Shown: positions 37,828 to 50,598 of the stretch, in pieces
Layout of the letters: every line of letters starts with the position of its first letter
How positions within the stretch are numbered: the first letter of the stretch is position 1
Source: Octopus sinensis
Taxonomy: Eukaryota
Length of the DNA stretch: 64,000 bases
Assembly (NCBI RefSeq): GCF_006345805.1
Contig: NW_021831855.1
Coordinates: 4,970-68,969, forward strand
Direction of reading: 5' to 3'
Program-made: the position numbers and the translations under genes
The notes under the pieces: model-generated
Told to the model about the DNA's origin: nothing
Databases searched by the model: none
The model's input: the letters and a program-made list of their open reading frames with translations, nothing else

Positions 37828-38319
37828 GAGACCTCTATTTTATGTAAATAGAGGAATTTATCTGTAAATGTAATATGTGACAATTATATCATGGCTACCG
37901 AATAATTGTCACATATTACATTTATTATAATTGTCACATATTATATATTAGTACTATTAAGAAAAATCAAATTCGATTCAACGACTTTGTATAAAGCACC
38001 ATACCGCCAAACATTTGATCATATAGAAATATTACCATGGTTCTTCAACATATAAAAATATACATATACAAAAAAAAAACCAGCAGGTAAAACTATATAT
38101 GCGAATAAAAACACAAATATATCAAAGAGACAAATACAATCGACCAAAAATTCTAAAGCGTGTCATGGTACTAAAAATCCAAGTAAACTAAAATGAAATA
38201 TCAATCGAATAAAAACATTCTTTTACTCACCTCACACAAAAGAGTACGTCCAAAAAGTTTAATTCATAAATTTCATTGTAGGTCCAGAAGCAAAAACAGT
38301 TCCACAAAATCAAATCAAA

Positions 38320-38402
38320 CATACCTATGGCCATTTCGAGTTCATTGCTGCAGTTCGATTACAGTTAAGGTGCATCTCGGCAATGACCCTCATCAGAAAA
38401 TG
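38320..38402 (-). ncRNA. hammerhead-like motif with long stem II
   Basis: Minus strand: CATTTT-CTGATGA-GGGTCATTGC...GCAATGAACTC-GAAATGGCCATA-GGTATG. Stem I is weak. Confidence 0.6.
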
Positions 38403-39130
38403 AACAGGAAACTCAGACAAACCACCAAAAAGTTCATTCAATGCAGTATTGCTAATTTAAAGATGATAATCCATCACAGGACCAGTCCAAATTTTCTAAC
38501 ACACGCAAAAGAAAACAAAAAAAAAAACAAAAAAAAAACGAATTATTTAGTTGCCAAACATGCAGGTGGCTGTTGTTAATAGAAATTTTAACGATCCGTT
38601 TTCAAATCCCCGTAAAAAATAATAATATTCACCACATCTAATTTTACTTTTATACACTATCAGAAAAGTAGAAGAAAACTTATGGTTGCAAAACGGGATC
38701 ACCTCTGTAAATTTATTTAAAGTTTTAGGCCCAAAAGACTTTAGGATGGCAAGAGATTCCCTTACACATATACTTGTTAATATTAATCCTGAAATAAGGG
38801 GTCCTCGATATAACAGACCATTCAAGAGAATCACTTTCATTATTCCTCTTTGAACCATGTCTATAAGAGGCAAGTGTTGGAGAGTTACAATATTTTTCGT
38901 TTGAAAACGAATTTATGTGGGTCCTATACTCAGTTCAACAGCCTGCCCGTGAAAGTGGCTGAGTACTCCACAAATATGTGTGTTTCTAAGTAAATTTTTT
39001 TGGAGAATAATTTCGCCAGCTGGGTGGATTGGAGCAACGTGAAGTTAAGTGTCTTGCTCAAGGACGCAACCCGCCGCCGGCAGCCGAATGCCCTAACCAC
39101 TAAGACGGGCGCATTTACATATACATTTGT

Positions 39131-39177
<47 letters not shown>

Positions 39178-39343
39178 TATGTATGTGTGTGTATGTATGT
39201 ATGCATATATGTATGCATGTGTCTGTATGTATGTGTGTGTGTCTATGTATGTGTGTGTGTGTATGTATGCGTGTGTGTATGTATGTGTGTGTTTCTGTAT
39301 GTATGTATGCACACATACATGCATACATACATGCATACATACA

Positions 39344-39384
<41 letters not shown>

Positions 39385-40254
39385 TAATAAATAAAATATA
39401 TGCATACATACAAACATATATGTACGTACCGACATCTACATGTATATATACATGCATATATTAAATATATATACGTACAGGACATCACAGGAAGACGAAC
39501 AAATCAACAGAACGAAAACGGAATAGACATTTTGTTACAACAGAAGGACAGAGACGTGGAACAGGACGAAACGAAAACGAAAACGGGAAAAACAATTATG
39601 TGCAACAGAAAAACGAAGTACAGGACATGCTACACAAGGAAAAATCCCCTCCATCAGCTGTCGCTAGCAGACACGTGTTTTGAAGGCAGAGACAGAACAC
39701 GTAAGGTCAAGCTAGGCCTTCCTACGAGAGAATTAAGATAAAATAAACTCGTAGAGGGGTAAACGAGCAAGAAAAAATGTAACACATACATACATACATA
39801 TATACATTTATATACACACGCATACATATGTACTTTTCACTTTGAGGTGGTTTTAGTCTCGAGCTGAGGAGACAATTCAAGGTATGTATGTATGCGTGTG
39901 TGTGTGTATGTATGTGTGCGTGCGTATAAATTGTGCTTCACGGCATAAGGTTGTGGATTCGTTCCCTTCCTTGAGCAAGGCATTTCATTCTACATTTGCC
40001 GCACTCAACTCAGCTGAAATAAGTATCAGTCGAGTACTGGTGCTGCCTTGTCTCCCTCCACTTTACGAAATCAAAGATATTCCGGTGGAACACGGCTGAG
40101 GATGGTACGAATGTCTCTGGAAACTCTACAAACGCACCGAAAATAGTTTTTCTGAACGTGCCATTTCTTTGCTATACATGACTAGGCATACACTCACACA
40201 TTTACACACACAAACAAACAAACACACACACACACACACACACATATTTATATA

Positions 40255-40880
40255 TACAAGGTGTGATGGGTAAATTGTCGCCATTTTATACATTTAATTT
40301 CGCGCATGCACATTCTTTGCTTTTGATTTTGTCAACTACACAGTATAGTAGGTTCAGTTGGGTACTGTCTTTGAGAAAAACAGCACCATGACGCAATTTA
40401 ACTCTGCCAGAAATTTGGAAACGACATGCTGTACTGCTTGGCATTCGCACCAGAAGGTCCAATATGAACATTTCAGAGTGTCTGAGTGTCAATCTGAGGA
40501 GATGTACTTAGAGTGATAGATATCAAACATCCAGTCAACATCATGGTGTTTGGAGTGATCACTAGTGATGGTGACGTTATGCCTCCATTCATCTTTCCAC
40601 ACGGCCTCAGACTCAATACGGAGGCCTATATCAAGTGCCTGGAGGAGGTAGTGTTACCCTGGATCAAGAGGGTGGCTGCTGGAAGACCCTATATCTGGCA
40701 AAAGGACTCTGCACCATACTAAACAAGCAGGAGAACCCAGTTATAGTTGTCAGACAATTTCCGTGACCACATCACCCTTAACATCTGGAACCTAACTCAT
40801 CAGACAGCCACCCTCTTGATTATTATGTGTGGGGCACAGTTGAGCGAGAGACCAACAAAACTTCCTACAACACCAAAGAT
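40255..40880 (+). mobile_element. Tc1/mariner (maT/DD37D-like) transposon remnant
   Basis: MVFGVITSDG...NTEAYIKCLEEVVLPWI...WQKDSAP and a frameshifted [14 protein letters not shown]. The left end is TACAAGGTG. Confidence 0.8.
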
Positions 40881-40883
40881 GTG

Positions 40884-40924
<41 letters not shown>

Positions 40925-40953
40925 TATATTTATATATATATATTTATATATAC

Positions 40954-40984
<31 letters not shown>

Positions 40985-41125
40985 CATATATATTTCATAC
41001 ATACATACATATATGCGAATAAATAGGAAACATATGTAGCCTGGATTTTACCTGTTCCATCACCTACATATATATATATATAATTTATATACAGGCACAC
41101 ATACATGCATACATACATGCATATA

Positions 41126-41194
<69 letters not shown>

Positions 41195-41559
41195 CATATA
41201 TACATTTATATACACACGCATACATATGTACTTTTCACTTTGAGGTGGTTTTAGTCTCGAGCTGAGGAGACAATTCAAGGTTGATTAAAAAAAGCGAAAT
41301 ATCTTTGCCGGAAAACAGCTTCTGTCATCTCTCCTCCCCCCCCATCCCTTCCCCTCTTCTTGAAGGACGATATAAAGCTGTTTGCTGTTAACACTAAGTT
41401 TTTACTGAATTTCTTCGTGACGAGAATATTTTAGCAATCGCCATTATCGCTTATGGCCCAGGGTGTATATTTTATACACGCTGGATTCAGTCTGTCTTTA
41501 TTTTTACCTGGCGTCTTGTACACTTTTTGCTGTTTGTTTTCTTATTTTAGTACTCTGAC

Positions 41560-41591
<32 letters not shown>

Positions 41592-41843
41592 TGAATAAGA
41601 AAGCTGTCATTCAGTTTAGCTGTTGGGGACCTGTAACTTTGCAAAAACTCTAGATCTGTAAAGTGAAGCTGTACGTGTGTATGCATGTATGTTGGTTGGT
41701 TGTATGTATGTGCACACACACACACGCCGCACACACGCACACACACACACGCACACATGCACACACATGCGCGCACACACACACACACACGCACACACGC
41801 ACACACACATTCACGCGCGCACATACACACACGTACTTATACA

Positions 41844-41893
41844 TGTTACAGTCTGATGATAGCAAATAATCCGAAACTTCGAAGTCAGTGACA
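41844..41893 (+). ncRNA. hammerhead-like motif (same family as 693-738), degenerate
   Basis: ACAGT-CTGATGA-...-CCGAAACTTCGAAGTC-AGTGAC. Confidence 0.5.
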
Positions 41894-42014
41894 GCCTTTT
41901 CCCAGATATTTTATTCGTCTAAAAAGTTTTGAATTGCTCCTCCAATTTAATATATTCGTATATTACTTTACATAAATATACATAAATATGTGTGTGTGTG
42001 TGTGTGAGAGAGAG

Positions 42015-42061
<47 letters not shown>

Positions 42062-42064
<3 letters not shown>

Positions 42065-43854
42065 ATAGGAAATGCGGGTTCGAATCCCACAAGCAGTGTT
42101 TTTCACTCCAATCAAAAAATCACCTTCTCTCGAAAGTTTATGAAACTCTGATCAATCACTATATTATAATTCTGAAATGCGAAAAGTTTGTCTAATTTTG
42201 GCATTGGAACGGGTTAAGGGGCACTAGATGGGGTCGGATTGGCTCCAAAATTTACAGAGACATGTAAAATGAGGTGAGGATGCGAGTGGGCTAGGTTAGA
42301 AATCCCTATATTGAAAGGTGTCGTTGCTAGGGCGAAAAACGCACACTTTGACAAGTCTCCTCTCATTCTTTTATCTGCCTGTCTTCCTCCATCTCTCTCT
42401 TTCCTCCCGTCCTTTCACTTTCTCTCTATAACGTCGTTTGATAGCGTCTACTATCTTTCCTCCGCCGCCTTCGCCAGCGCTGTCACGCTCTCTCTCTCTA
42501 CGTCTCTCTCTCTTTCCCCTTTCCCTCTACTTTCTCTCTATAACGACGTTTGACACCCCCGCCGTCTCTCTTTCTTCTCCACCGCCTCTCTCAATGTATG
42601 TCTGTTTGTATCTATAAAGACGAAACGTGACTGCCGAAAAAGTTTAAATATTCCCACCACAGGTCTTTCAGAAAGGTGAATTATTATCTCTCACCACCAC
42701 CGCACAATTATAACAGATATTATTTATTAGAAGATACGTTATTATTTTGCGTGGATAAAAGATTTGCTGTGCTAAGAAACATTATACCCTTTGTATGCTC
42801 AAAGCGACCGTCGTTAAGAAAAATTTGTCGGTAAATTTGAAAATTTTTCCAGTTTTGAAATATTTGCTTCTTAACTATTTTATTCGTTTTCTCATTGTAA
42901 ACCAAATCATCTTTAGGTTTCAAAATATTTTATTTTTCAGTCCTCTCTTTCATATATGACCTTTTCTTCCTCGATCTTTCTCTTTCCCCCTTCCCTCTAC
43001 TTTCTCTCTATAACGACGTTTGACACCTCCGCCGTCTCTCTTTCTTCTCCACCGCCTCTCTCAATGTATGTCTCTTTGTATCTATAAAGACGAAACGTGA
43101 CAGCCGCAATAGTTTAAATATTCCCACCACAGGTCTTTCAGAAGGTGAATTATTATCTCTCACCACCACCGCACAATTATAACAGATATTATTTATTAGA
43201 AGATACGTTATTATTTTGCGTGGATAAAAGATTTGCTGTGCTAAGAAACATTATACCCTTTGTATGCTCAAAGCGACCGTCGTTAAGAAAATTTGTCGGT
43301 AAATTTGAAAATTTTTCCAGTTTTGAAATATTTGCTTCTTAACTATTTTATTCGTTTTCTCATTGTAAACCAAATCATCTTTAGGTTTCAAAATATTTTA
43401 TTTTTCAGTCCTCTCTTTCATATATGACCTTTTCTTCCTCGATCTTTCTCTTTCCCCCTTCCCTCTACTTTCTCTCTATAACGACGTTTGACACCTCCGC
43501 CGTCTCTCTTTCTTCTCCACCGCCTCTCTCAATGTATGTCTCTTTGTATCTATAAAAGACGAAACGTGACAGCCGCAATAGTTTAAATATTCCCACCACA
43601 GGTCTTTCAGAAAGGTGAATTATTATCTCCCACCACCACCTATAAATCTATAACAGATATTATTTATCAGAAGATAGAGAGTAAGAGAACGCGAGGGAGA
43701 GTCCGTGAGAAAAGAAGAGTAAGAGAGTTGGAAAGTGAGAGAGAAAGGAGAGAGAAACAAAGAGGGAGAATGTGGTGATAAACAACAGAAAGGAAGCAAC
43801 AGAAAGTAACAACCACACTCTTACCCGCGCGTAGAGCGGATCACCGAAAGCTAG
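42062..43854 (+). mobile_element. non-autonomous Helitron with an internal ~469-bp tandem repeat (about 2.5 copies, 42505-43675)
   Basis: 3' hairpin CCGC(GCGTAGA)GCGG followed by CTAG|T at 43851-43855. Putative A|TC 5' end at 42062. TAACGACGTTTGACAC occurs at 42541, 43011 and 43479. Confidence 0.65.
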
Positions 43855-43909
43855 TATATATATATAAAACGATATGTTTATCTATAAATGAAACGATATA
43901 TATATAGAG

Positions 43910-44260
43910 AGAGTAAAATCTATTTGCCAACGCAAAGTGGCAGTCCTGATTAGAACGATGTTACTACTTTTTTTAGCCCCAGGAAAAAATCTTTTCCAGC
44001 TGGCTATCGACGCATAACTTCGTCCTTATACTACGAACAAGGGAGCTAATGTCTCCACTCAGCCTTAAACGGTACCTGCGAACCAATGGTTTCTGGACGC
44101 AGCTGTGCGTCGATAGCCAGCTGGAAAAGGTGTTTTTCTGGGACTAAAAATGGTAGTAACATCGTCCTAATCAGGACTGCCACTTTACGTTGGCAAATAG
44201 ACATTACTCTGTAGCACTGTTACTACTTATCTCTCGCTCAGAGATTTAAAACTAATCGTT
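43910..44260. repeat. fold-back inversion (~100-bp arms) of a CCAGCTGG-containing repeat family
   Basis: 43910-44014 is the reverse complement of 44107-44210. Related sequence lies at 45080-45370 and 48230-48370. Confidence 0.8.
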
Positions 44261-44283
44261 TTCCTCTTCACCACACACACACA

Positions 44284-44358
<75 letters not shown>

Positions 44359-44932
44359 GTAGTTGTTGTTGTTATTGTTTGAATGATCAATGACATTCCA
44401 GTGGCGACCACTTCAACATTCAAAGCGTCCTTTTCGAAGGAGATGTGGTTCTTATTTCTTGGAGGCCTAGTGGCCACGTAAGCGGCTTCCTCATTGACCT
44501 GAGCAATTTCTGTTGCAGTCAATGGCAGTGGATCGTCAAATGTATGGTGCGACGGACAAAATGGCCTACGTTTTTTTAGTTTACGTTCCATTTACGTTCC
44601 GAGATTGACTACCTTCGAGGTTGACATTAATCATTCTGGGACCATCACGATCGACTAAATCCCAAATTTGTGACCCCGAATCCATGCTGGGTCCTGTTAA
44701 AATCCCCGACAATATTAGTCATTCATCCTTTCGGGGTCGATAACTTAAGTACCAGTTGCGTACTGAGATTGATCTACGCGACTGGCCTCCTCCCCCCAAA
44801 TTTAGGGCATTGTACCTAGAGTAGAAAAGAATATTAGTAAAATAATAAATAATGAGGGCCTAGAGTTTGTTAGGTTATAGATAGGGAAAGTGAAGCAACC
44901 TTCAAATATTTCAAGTAGCGAACGGTTTAAAC

Positions 44933-45504
44933 CAATGTTTTTCAACCCCACCTTTTTTTTTTTTTACATATGGACTCCTTTAGTTCCTGTTTTGCTCAGA
45001 TGGACCCTCAAAGCCATTCGATGTATAACAAAGTCACATATCTCTATAATTAAATATAATTAGGAAGTGTATAAAAAACTATTGTTTATGGCTATATTAA
45101 TGTGGCTGTCCTCTAAGAGATGACGATATTGTTACTTCACCGCAGGAAAATATCTCTTCCAGCTGGTTTATTTATTGCAAGTGGGAGATAACTCGAGCCA
45201 CCCTAGTTCTGTGCGAAAAACACACTGAATAAACCAGCTGGAGGAGATATCTTCCTGGGGTTAAATGGCAGTATCGTCATCTCTTAGAGGATAGCCACAT
45301 TAAAGTGTCCATAAGCAATACTTTTTTTTTGCTTCGTGCACAGCTTCTATCTCGAACAGAGATTTTCTAACGGACTAGTTTCCGAGTTATAAAAAACTAA
45401 AAATATTTTGTATGTTGTTTAACCGACTTATTGCAGATAACTTTTAACAACGAACCCTTACATGGAACCTGAAGGGCCATATGGACCCCGGTAGAGACTC
45501 ACTG
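44933..45504. mobile_element. hAT (Charlie-like) MITE, interrupted by a fold-back repeat at 45080-45380
   Basis: TIRs CAATGTTTTTCAACC / GGTAGAGACTCACTG; degenerate 8-bp TSD GTTTAAAC / GCTTAAAG. Confidence 0.6.
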
Positions 45505-46754
45505 GCTTAAAGGAATCTAAGTTTGCGTATATTCAGCCATGTTCGCTGTAAGGGCAGTAACGGTTCAGTTCTGATGATTTCATGTCTTTGTGCTTGAAAT
45601 ATATAAAAGGTTACTCAACTTTCTCTTTTTGCGTTGTAAGAAGCTCTGCATCTTTATTGTTTGTTAATTTACTTCGGTATCACAATGCTTCAAAGAAACT
45701 ACAACGCTCTTCTGCCAACAATATTCATTGTAGCCTCACCGCCATTTTAACAACACGTCTCGATTATTATTACGACAATTCCGCTTCTCTCCCAACTACC
45801 TCGTAATAAACATTATTAACACCGATACGTGTTACATTCCTGCCTCCCCCCACCGCTCTCATCTCGTCTCCACCACTTCTGCTTTCACCTCACATTCCAT
45901 TCACGAGATAGAATTACATTTCACGGCCGTACGTAATCTCGTTTAAATCTTGTTTAAATCTCGTTAAATCTCACCCAACTTTATAACATTAACAAAATTA
46001 ATTCTACTATTTTTGCTTTTTCAAGTTCTGTATGGCCTTTCCTTTTCTTCCCAAAGAATTTTAACGCTTTTTTCTTTTTCTTTCTATAAATTCCATAATC
46101 TGTTGTTCTCTGTCATAACCCTTCTTTCAAACCCATCCTCTTCCTAACATTTCATAGTCAACGCAATAAAGGACTTCTATACACAGCCATAACATGGCTA
46201 CAATTATTTGTCTCAGTCGTGGCGATGGTGGAGAAGGAAGACTCAGTAAATTTAATCAACTCCAGACGATGGGTTGATCGAGTCGTTAAATCATGGGATA
46301 AAAGGCTTTGCAATACTCGTTCCGGCTCTCTACGATCCAAGTTCAAATTCCAACGGCTTCAGCTTTACCTTTCTTTTTTCAGGGTCAATAAATAAAGTAC
46401 CAGTCCAGTACGACAGTTCATTCACCTTCATTCATTCTCTCTCCCTCTCTCTCTTACTCGAAGAAACCGTCTGTATTTAGACTTGCGGAGGGATGGGTTT
46501 CCTCAAGTTTAAAATCACCAAAACACACCATACATGACATGCTGCCCCTACGATGCCATTATGATTTAACCCCCGCTCCACCATTTGGCTGGTACTTTAT
46601 TTTAACGATCTCCATCCGAGAAGAATGAAAGGCAAAGTCGACGATGGCCAAAGAAAACGCCACAGTATTTAGGCCATCGCTCGATCGTTTCAAGAAATCA
46701 GCGGAGCCACGGACAAGGGTAGCGATGATAGATTATCTTTTATATATTGATTGA

Positions 46755-46960
46755 TTCAGTCATTTGACTGTGGCCATGCTGGGGCACCACTTCGAAGGCC
46801 TTTAGTCCAACAAACTGACAAAAGGAGATTTTTTAGAGCCTGGTACTTATTCTGTCGGTCTCTTTTGACGAATCGTCAAGTTTCAGAGACGTAAACAAAC
46901 CAAGTCCGGTCTTCAAGCAGTGGTGAGGGAAAACACCGACTCAAAGGCACACACACACAC
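46755..46960 (-). mobile_element. SINE family A 3' part
   Basis: TTCAGTCATTTGACTGTGGCCATGCTGG...CCTGGTACTTATTC matches 6203-6400. Confidence 0.75.
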
Positions 46961-47084
46961 ACAGAAACTAAAAGAATCCCATGTGTGTGTGTGTGTGTCC
47001 CTTCTTTCCTGAGCGCCCAATAATACTTTATTTGTTCCACATCCTCGCGTTGTTGTCTTTTTGTTTTCTTGTTTGGATTAACTT

Positions 47085-47133
<49 letters not shown>

Positions 47134-47362
47134 TGTGTGTGTGTGTGTTTTTTTTTTTATATGTGGATGTATATGTGTTTTGTGTGTGAGTGTATTTATG
47201 TATATACATATATTTTTACTGTTAGATCTAATTACCCTTTATCTAAATCTGGATATATCCATCTTTATACAGATTTAAAAATTATTCTTATTCTATTTAT
47301 GGGAGGAGTCCTTTATTTTCATCCCGCACCTACGTATTTGCTTTCACACTACTAATGCCTTT

Positions 47363-47470
<108 letters not shown>

Positions 47471-47561
47471 TGTGTGTGTGTGGTGTGGTGTGTGTGTGTG
47501 TGTATGTGTGTGTATGTATAAATGTAATTATTTTCCAAAACAAATTACACTTCATATTCGA

Positions 47562-47642
47562 GGCTCCGATGAATCTATAAGGTGTTACTCAAGTATTCAT
47601 CTAAAAGTTCACTGCATCTGATAGCAGAAACAGCCGTAAGCC
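47562..47642 (+). ncRNA. degenerate hammerhead-like motif with long loop II
   Basis: GGCT-CCGATGA-...~50 nt...-GAAACAGCCGTA-AGCC. Confidence 0.4.
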
Positions 47643-48110
47643 AATGAAATACATAAGACAATCGTTTGTTCCTTTGTCATTCCATTTTCTTATTACCGCT
47701 CTGTATTCGACTGACGTTTCCTTCTGAAATATACGGATATAGAGTTCTGCACCAGGTTATTAGTCTCGAAATGCTTAACTGAATATATATATGTGTGTGT
47801 GTATATGTGTGTGGGGGTGGGTGCGTGTGTGTGTATATATCTATCTATGTAATAGTGTATAAAAATTTATACACGGAGCAAGATGAATTACTCGTTTACA
47901 TTACGGACGAACACCCCAGATAGTATAACTGTAATATAAATGAAACTGTGAGCTTTGGGGGGCTCGTAAGCCATTTCATTTAATTCATTGTTAATAATTC
48001 ATTTCATTTCATATCATCCTGTTTATTTTTATTATATGTACCCCATATCCTGTATTGTATTGTTATGTCCCCTCTTCATTCAGGCCATTGTGCCTATAAT
48101 AAAGAGAAAG

Positions 48111-48169
48111 GTGATTGTCGTGCGCTGATAACGGGTCAATACCCAGAAACTGCAGTCTGTGCGTATCAC
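48111..48169 (+). ncRNA. hammerhead-like motif in a Penelope-type repeat
   Basis: GTGAT..CGTGCG-CTGATAA-CGGGT(CAAT)ACCCA-GAAACTGCAGTC-TGTGCG.ATCAC. Core G8 is replaced by A. Confidence 0.55.
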
Positions 48170-48469
48170 TTAGGTTGACGAGGGAAGGATGACCTCCCTT
48201 TGCAAATACCGATAAGGCACAGAAAGTGTGTCAATAGCCAGCTGGAGAAGATGTTCTCCAGGGGCTACAAGCTACAGTAACATTCACCCTTAGTGGTTAG
48301 CCATATTGAGATGGCAAATATACTTCACATTGTCCTGCAGTTACTGTCTATACCTCGTTCAGAAATTTATTATTGCTTGTATACACTTTTTCAAGATCAG
48401 TGACGAAAAGTCACTGGCAAAAGGATATAAATATTTGCATTGGGACCCTTCCATCGAAAACCGGTGATT

Positions 48470-49700
48470 GTCATGTGCATCGTTGAAGTGTTGCTTTTTG
48501 CGGAGTTGGAGTTTATGATATTGTGAGTTGCAGAAATTGTTATTAGAAATTGTTGTTGTTGAAAGTACTATTGTAGTTGAATTTTGAAAATTATTTTGTA
48601 GCTACCCTTTGTGGGTATGCAAACAACAAGTTACGCCCAGGCTGCAGGCAAAAGCCTGTCGGCCGACATGTTGCAGCTGAAAGACGTATTAATTGAGAAG
48701 GAAGGTTTGAATAAATATTTCGAAAATTTCAAGGTGGGAGATTGCTTACGGATCACACCGCCGGAGGAAGACACAAAAAAAACGAGGGAAAAGATTATTG
48801 TATATAGAACGTGGAGTGTGGCCAACAAGAAAATAGAAGTGGCAGAAACAGACGACATTGAGGAATGTCTTACGGAAATTAAAGACAGAACGACCTTCTA
48901 CGCAAGAGGAAGGAAGTTCGCCACCGTCGAGGTGCGGTTTGAAAGAGAGGAGGAGGCCAAGAGACACGCTACCATGATATTAAGAACAGCTAGGTGGGTG
49001 CTTCCTATTGTGGAAAACGAGCAACGAAGGTGAAAATAGGAAAGGTGCCGCCGGAGTTAGAGGTAGAGAGACTTGTAGCGTCTATAATTTATAATTGTAA
49101 GGATGATGTGGACATTCTAAAGGTTGAAAAATCGAGAGACGTCAACTGGTGGGATTATGGTGAGGAAGCACTGATACATATAACCTTGCCAGATTTGTAC
49201 AACATTAAGGAAGAGTTAGTGCTCCCCGACGAAACCCGACTGAGAGTCGTGGTGGAGGGGAGACCACCAATATGTTATAACTGTAAAAGAATGGGACATA
49301 TGCAAGAGAAACGCAGGCAGAAGTGGAGGAAATGTACAGTGACGCAGCGAGAGCGGAGGAAGAAGAAAAAGAGGTAGAGGAAAAAGTTGAAGAAAAAACG
49401 GCAGAAAGAAAGAGAACACCACCAAAAAGCCCAATGAAAAGTTAAGTAGAAAATGAAGGAAGAAAGACAACAGTAAGTGGAAAAAGTACAGAGATTCGAA
49501 ACCAGGAACTGAAGACAATGACAATGAGTGAAGAAGGTAAAACCAGAAAAGAGAAATGCGAAGAATGGATGAGGAAGGTGATGCAGAGAGTAAATCATGT
49601 AAAACAAACAGGACGACCTACGGGAGAGAATGTAAGAAGGTTAATTTTTTACGAAAAGATATGGAGATTGAAAAAAGATTAACAAAAACAAAAGGAAATA
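48470..49700 (+). mobile_element. L1/Tx1-type ORF1 (RRM-like + CCHC knuckle), frameshifted, 3'-truncated
   Basis: SYAQAA; FATVEVRF; KVKIGKVPPE; VVVEGRPPICYNCKRMGH; K/E-rich tail. Confidence 0.8.
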
Positions 49701-50295
49701 TACTTCACTCACACACACACACATATATATATAATATATATATATGTATGTATACATATATATATATACATATAATACATATATATATATATAATATATA
49801 TATATATTATATATATATATGTATATATATGTGTGTGTGTGGTGTGTGTGTGTGCGTGTGCATGCGCGTGTGAGTGTGTGTGTCTGACACACTTAAATAA
49901 ACACACCTGATTATAAAGGTTTAGATGCTGGACTGAACTTCCACCTTCACATTCCCTAGATCAAAGGTCAAATCCCCCATTTGTGTCCAAATGAAATCAA
50001 CTACACCCAAAACGGAGTGACACATCTGTTGACCAATTGACCCTTTCACCCCCTTACTTTATTTTGTGAATCCTAGAAAACAAGCCCAAACATCTGAAGC
50101 TGACAAACCTAAATAGACTCACCTGACTTCAAAGGTCGACATGCTTGGCTGAATTCTGAACAACCCCAAATTTAATAAATAAAAATCTTCCATAACACCC
50201 CTCTATCACAGCATACCCTAAAACACAGCTCCATCGACCCCAGAAAATTTTAATTTAGCAGAGACTATATAAAGCCAAGACGAAGTCGAATATAC

Positions 50296-50342
50296 GACAA
50301 CCCGATGATGGCTGGGCAGACCGAAACTTCGAAGTCACTATC
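50296..50342 (+). ncRNA. hammerhead-like motif (same family as 693-738), degenerate
   Basis: CCGATGA-TGGCTG(GG)CAGACC-GAAACTTCGAAGTC-ACTATC. Confidence 0.4.
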
Positions 50343-50598
50343 CTTGTTCGCAGCTAAGAGTGGTTTTGACTCTTATTTCTAGCAACGCTGGTGCTGACCT
50401 GCACCCTTAGTCACTTCTAGTGACGTTTATACTTGTGCCTTTTGGTTTTAGATTACACACACACACACACACACACACAAGCACACACACATATGTACAT
50501 GTACATATATCTACATATACCCAAATATATATGTGTGTATATATGTATATATATATATATATAATATATATATACACACACACATACATATATATTTA

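Noticed and set aside
38547-38873. 108-aa minus-strand ORF with an apparent splice acceptor (TTATAG) near 38860
   Set aside because: No recognisable domain in any frame, and the adjacent hammerhead suggests repeat origin. A host exon cannot be fully excluded.
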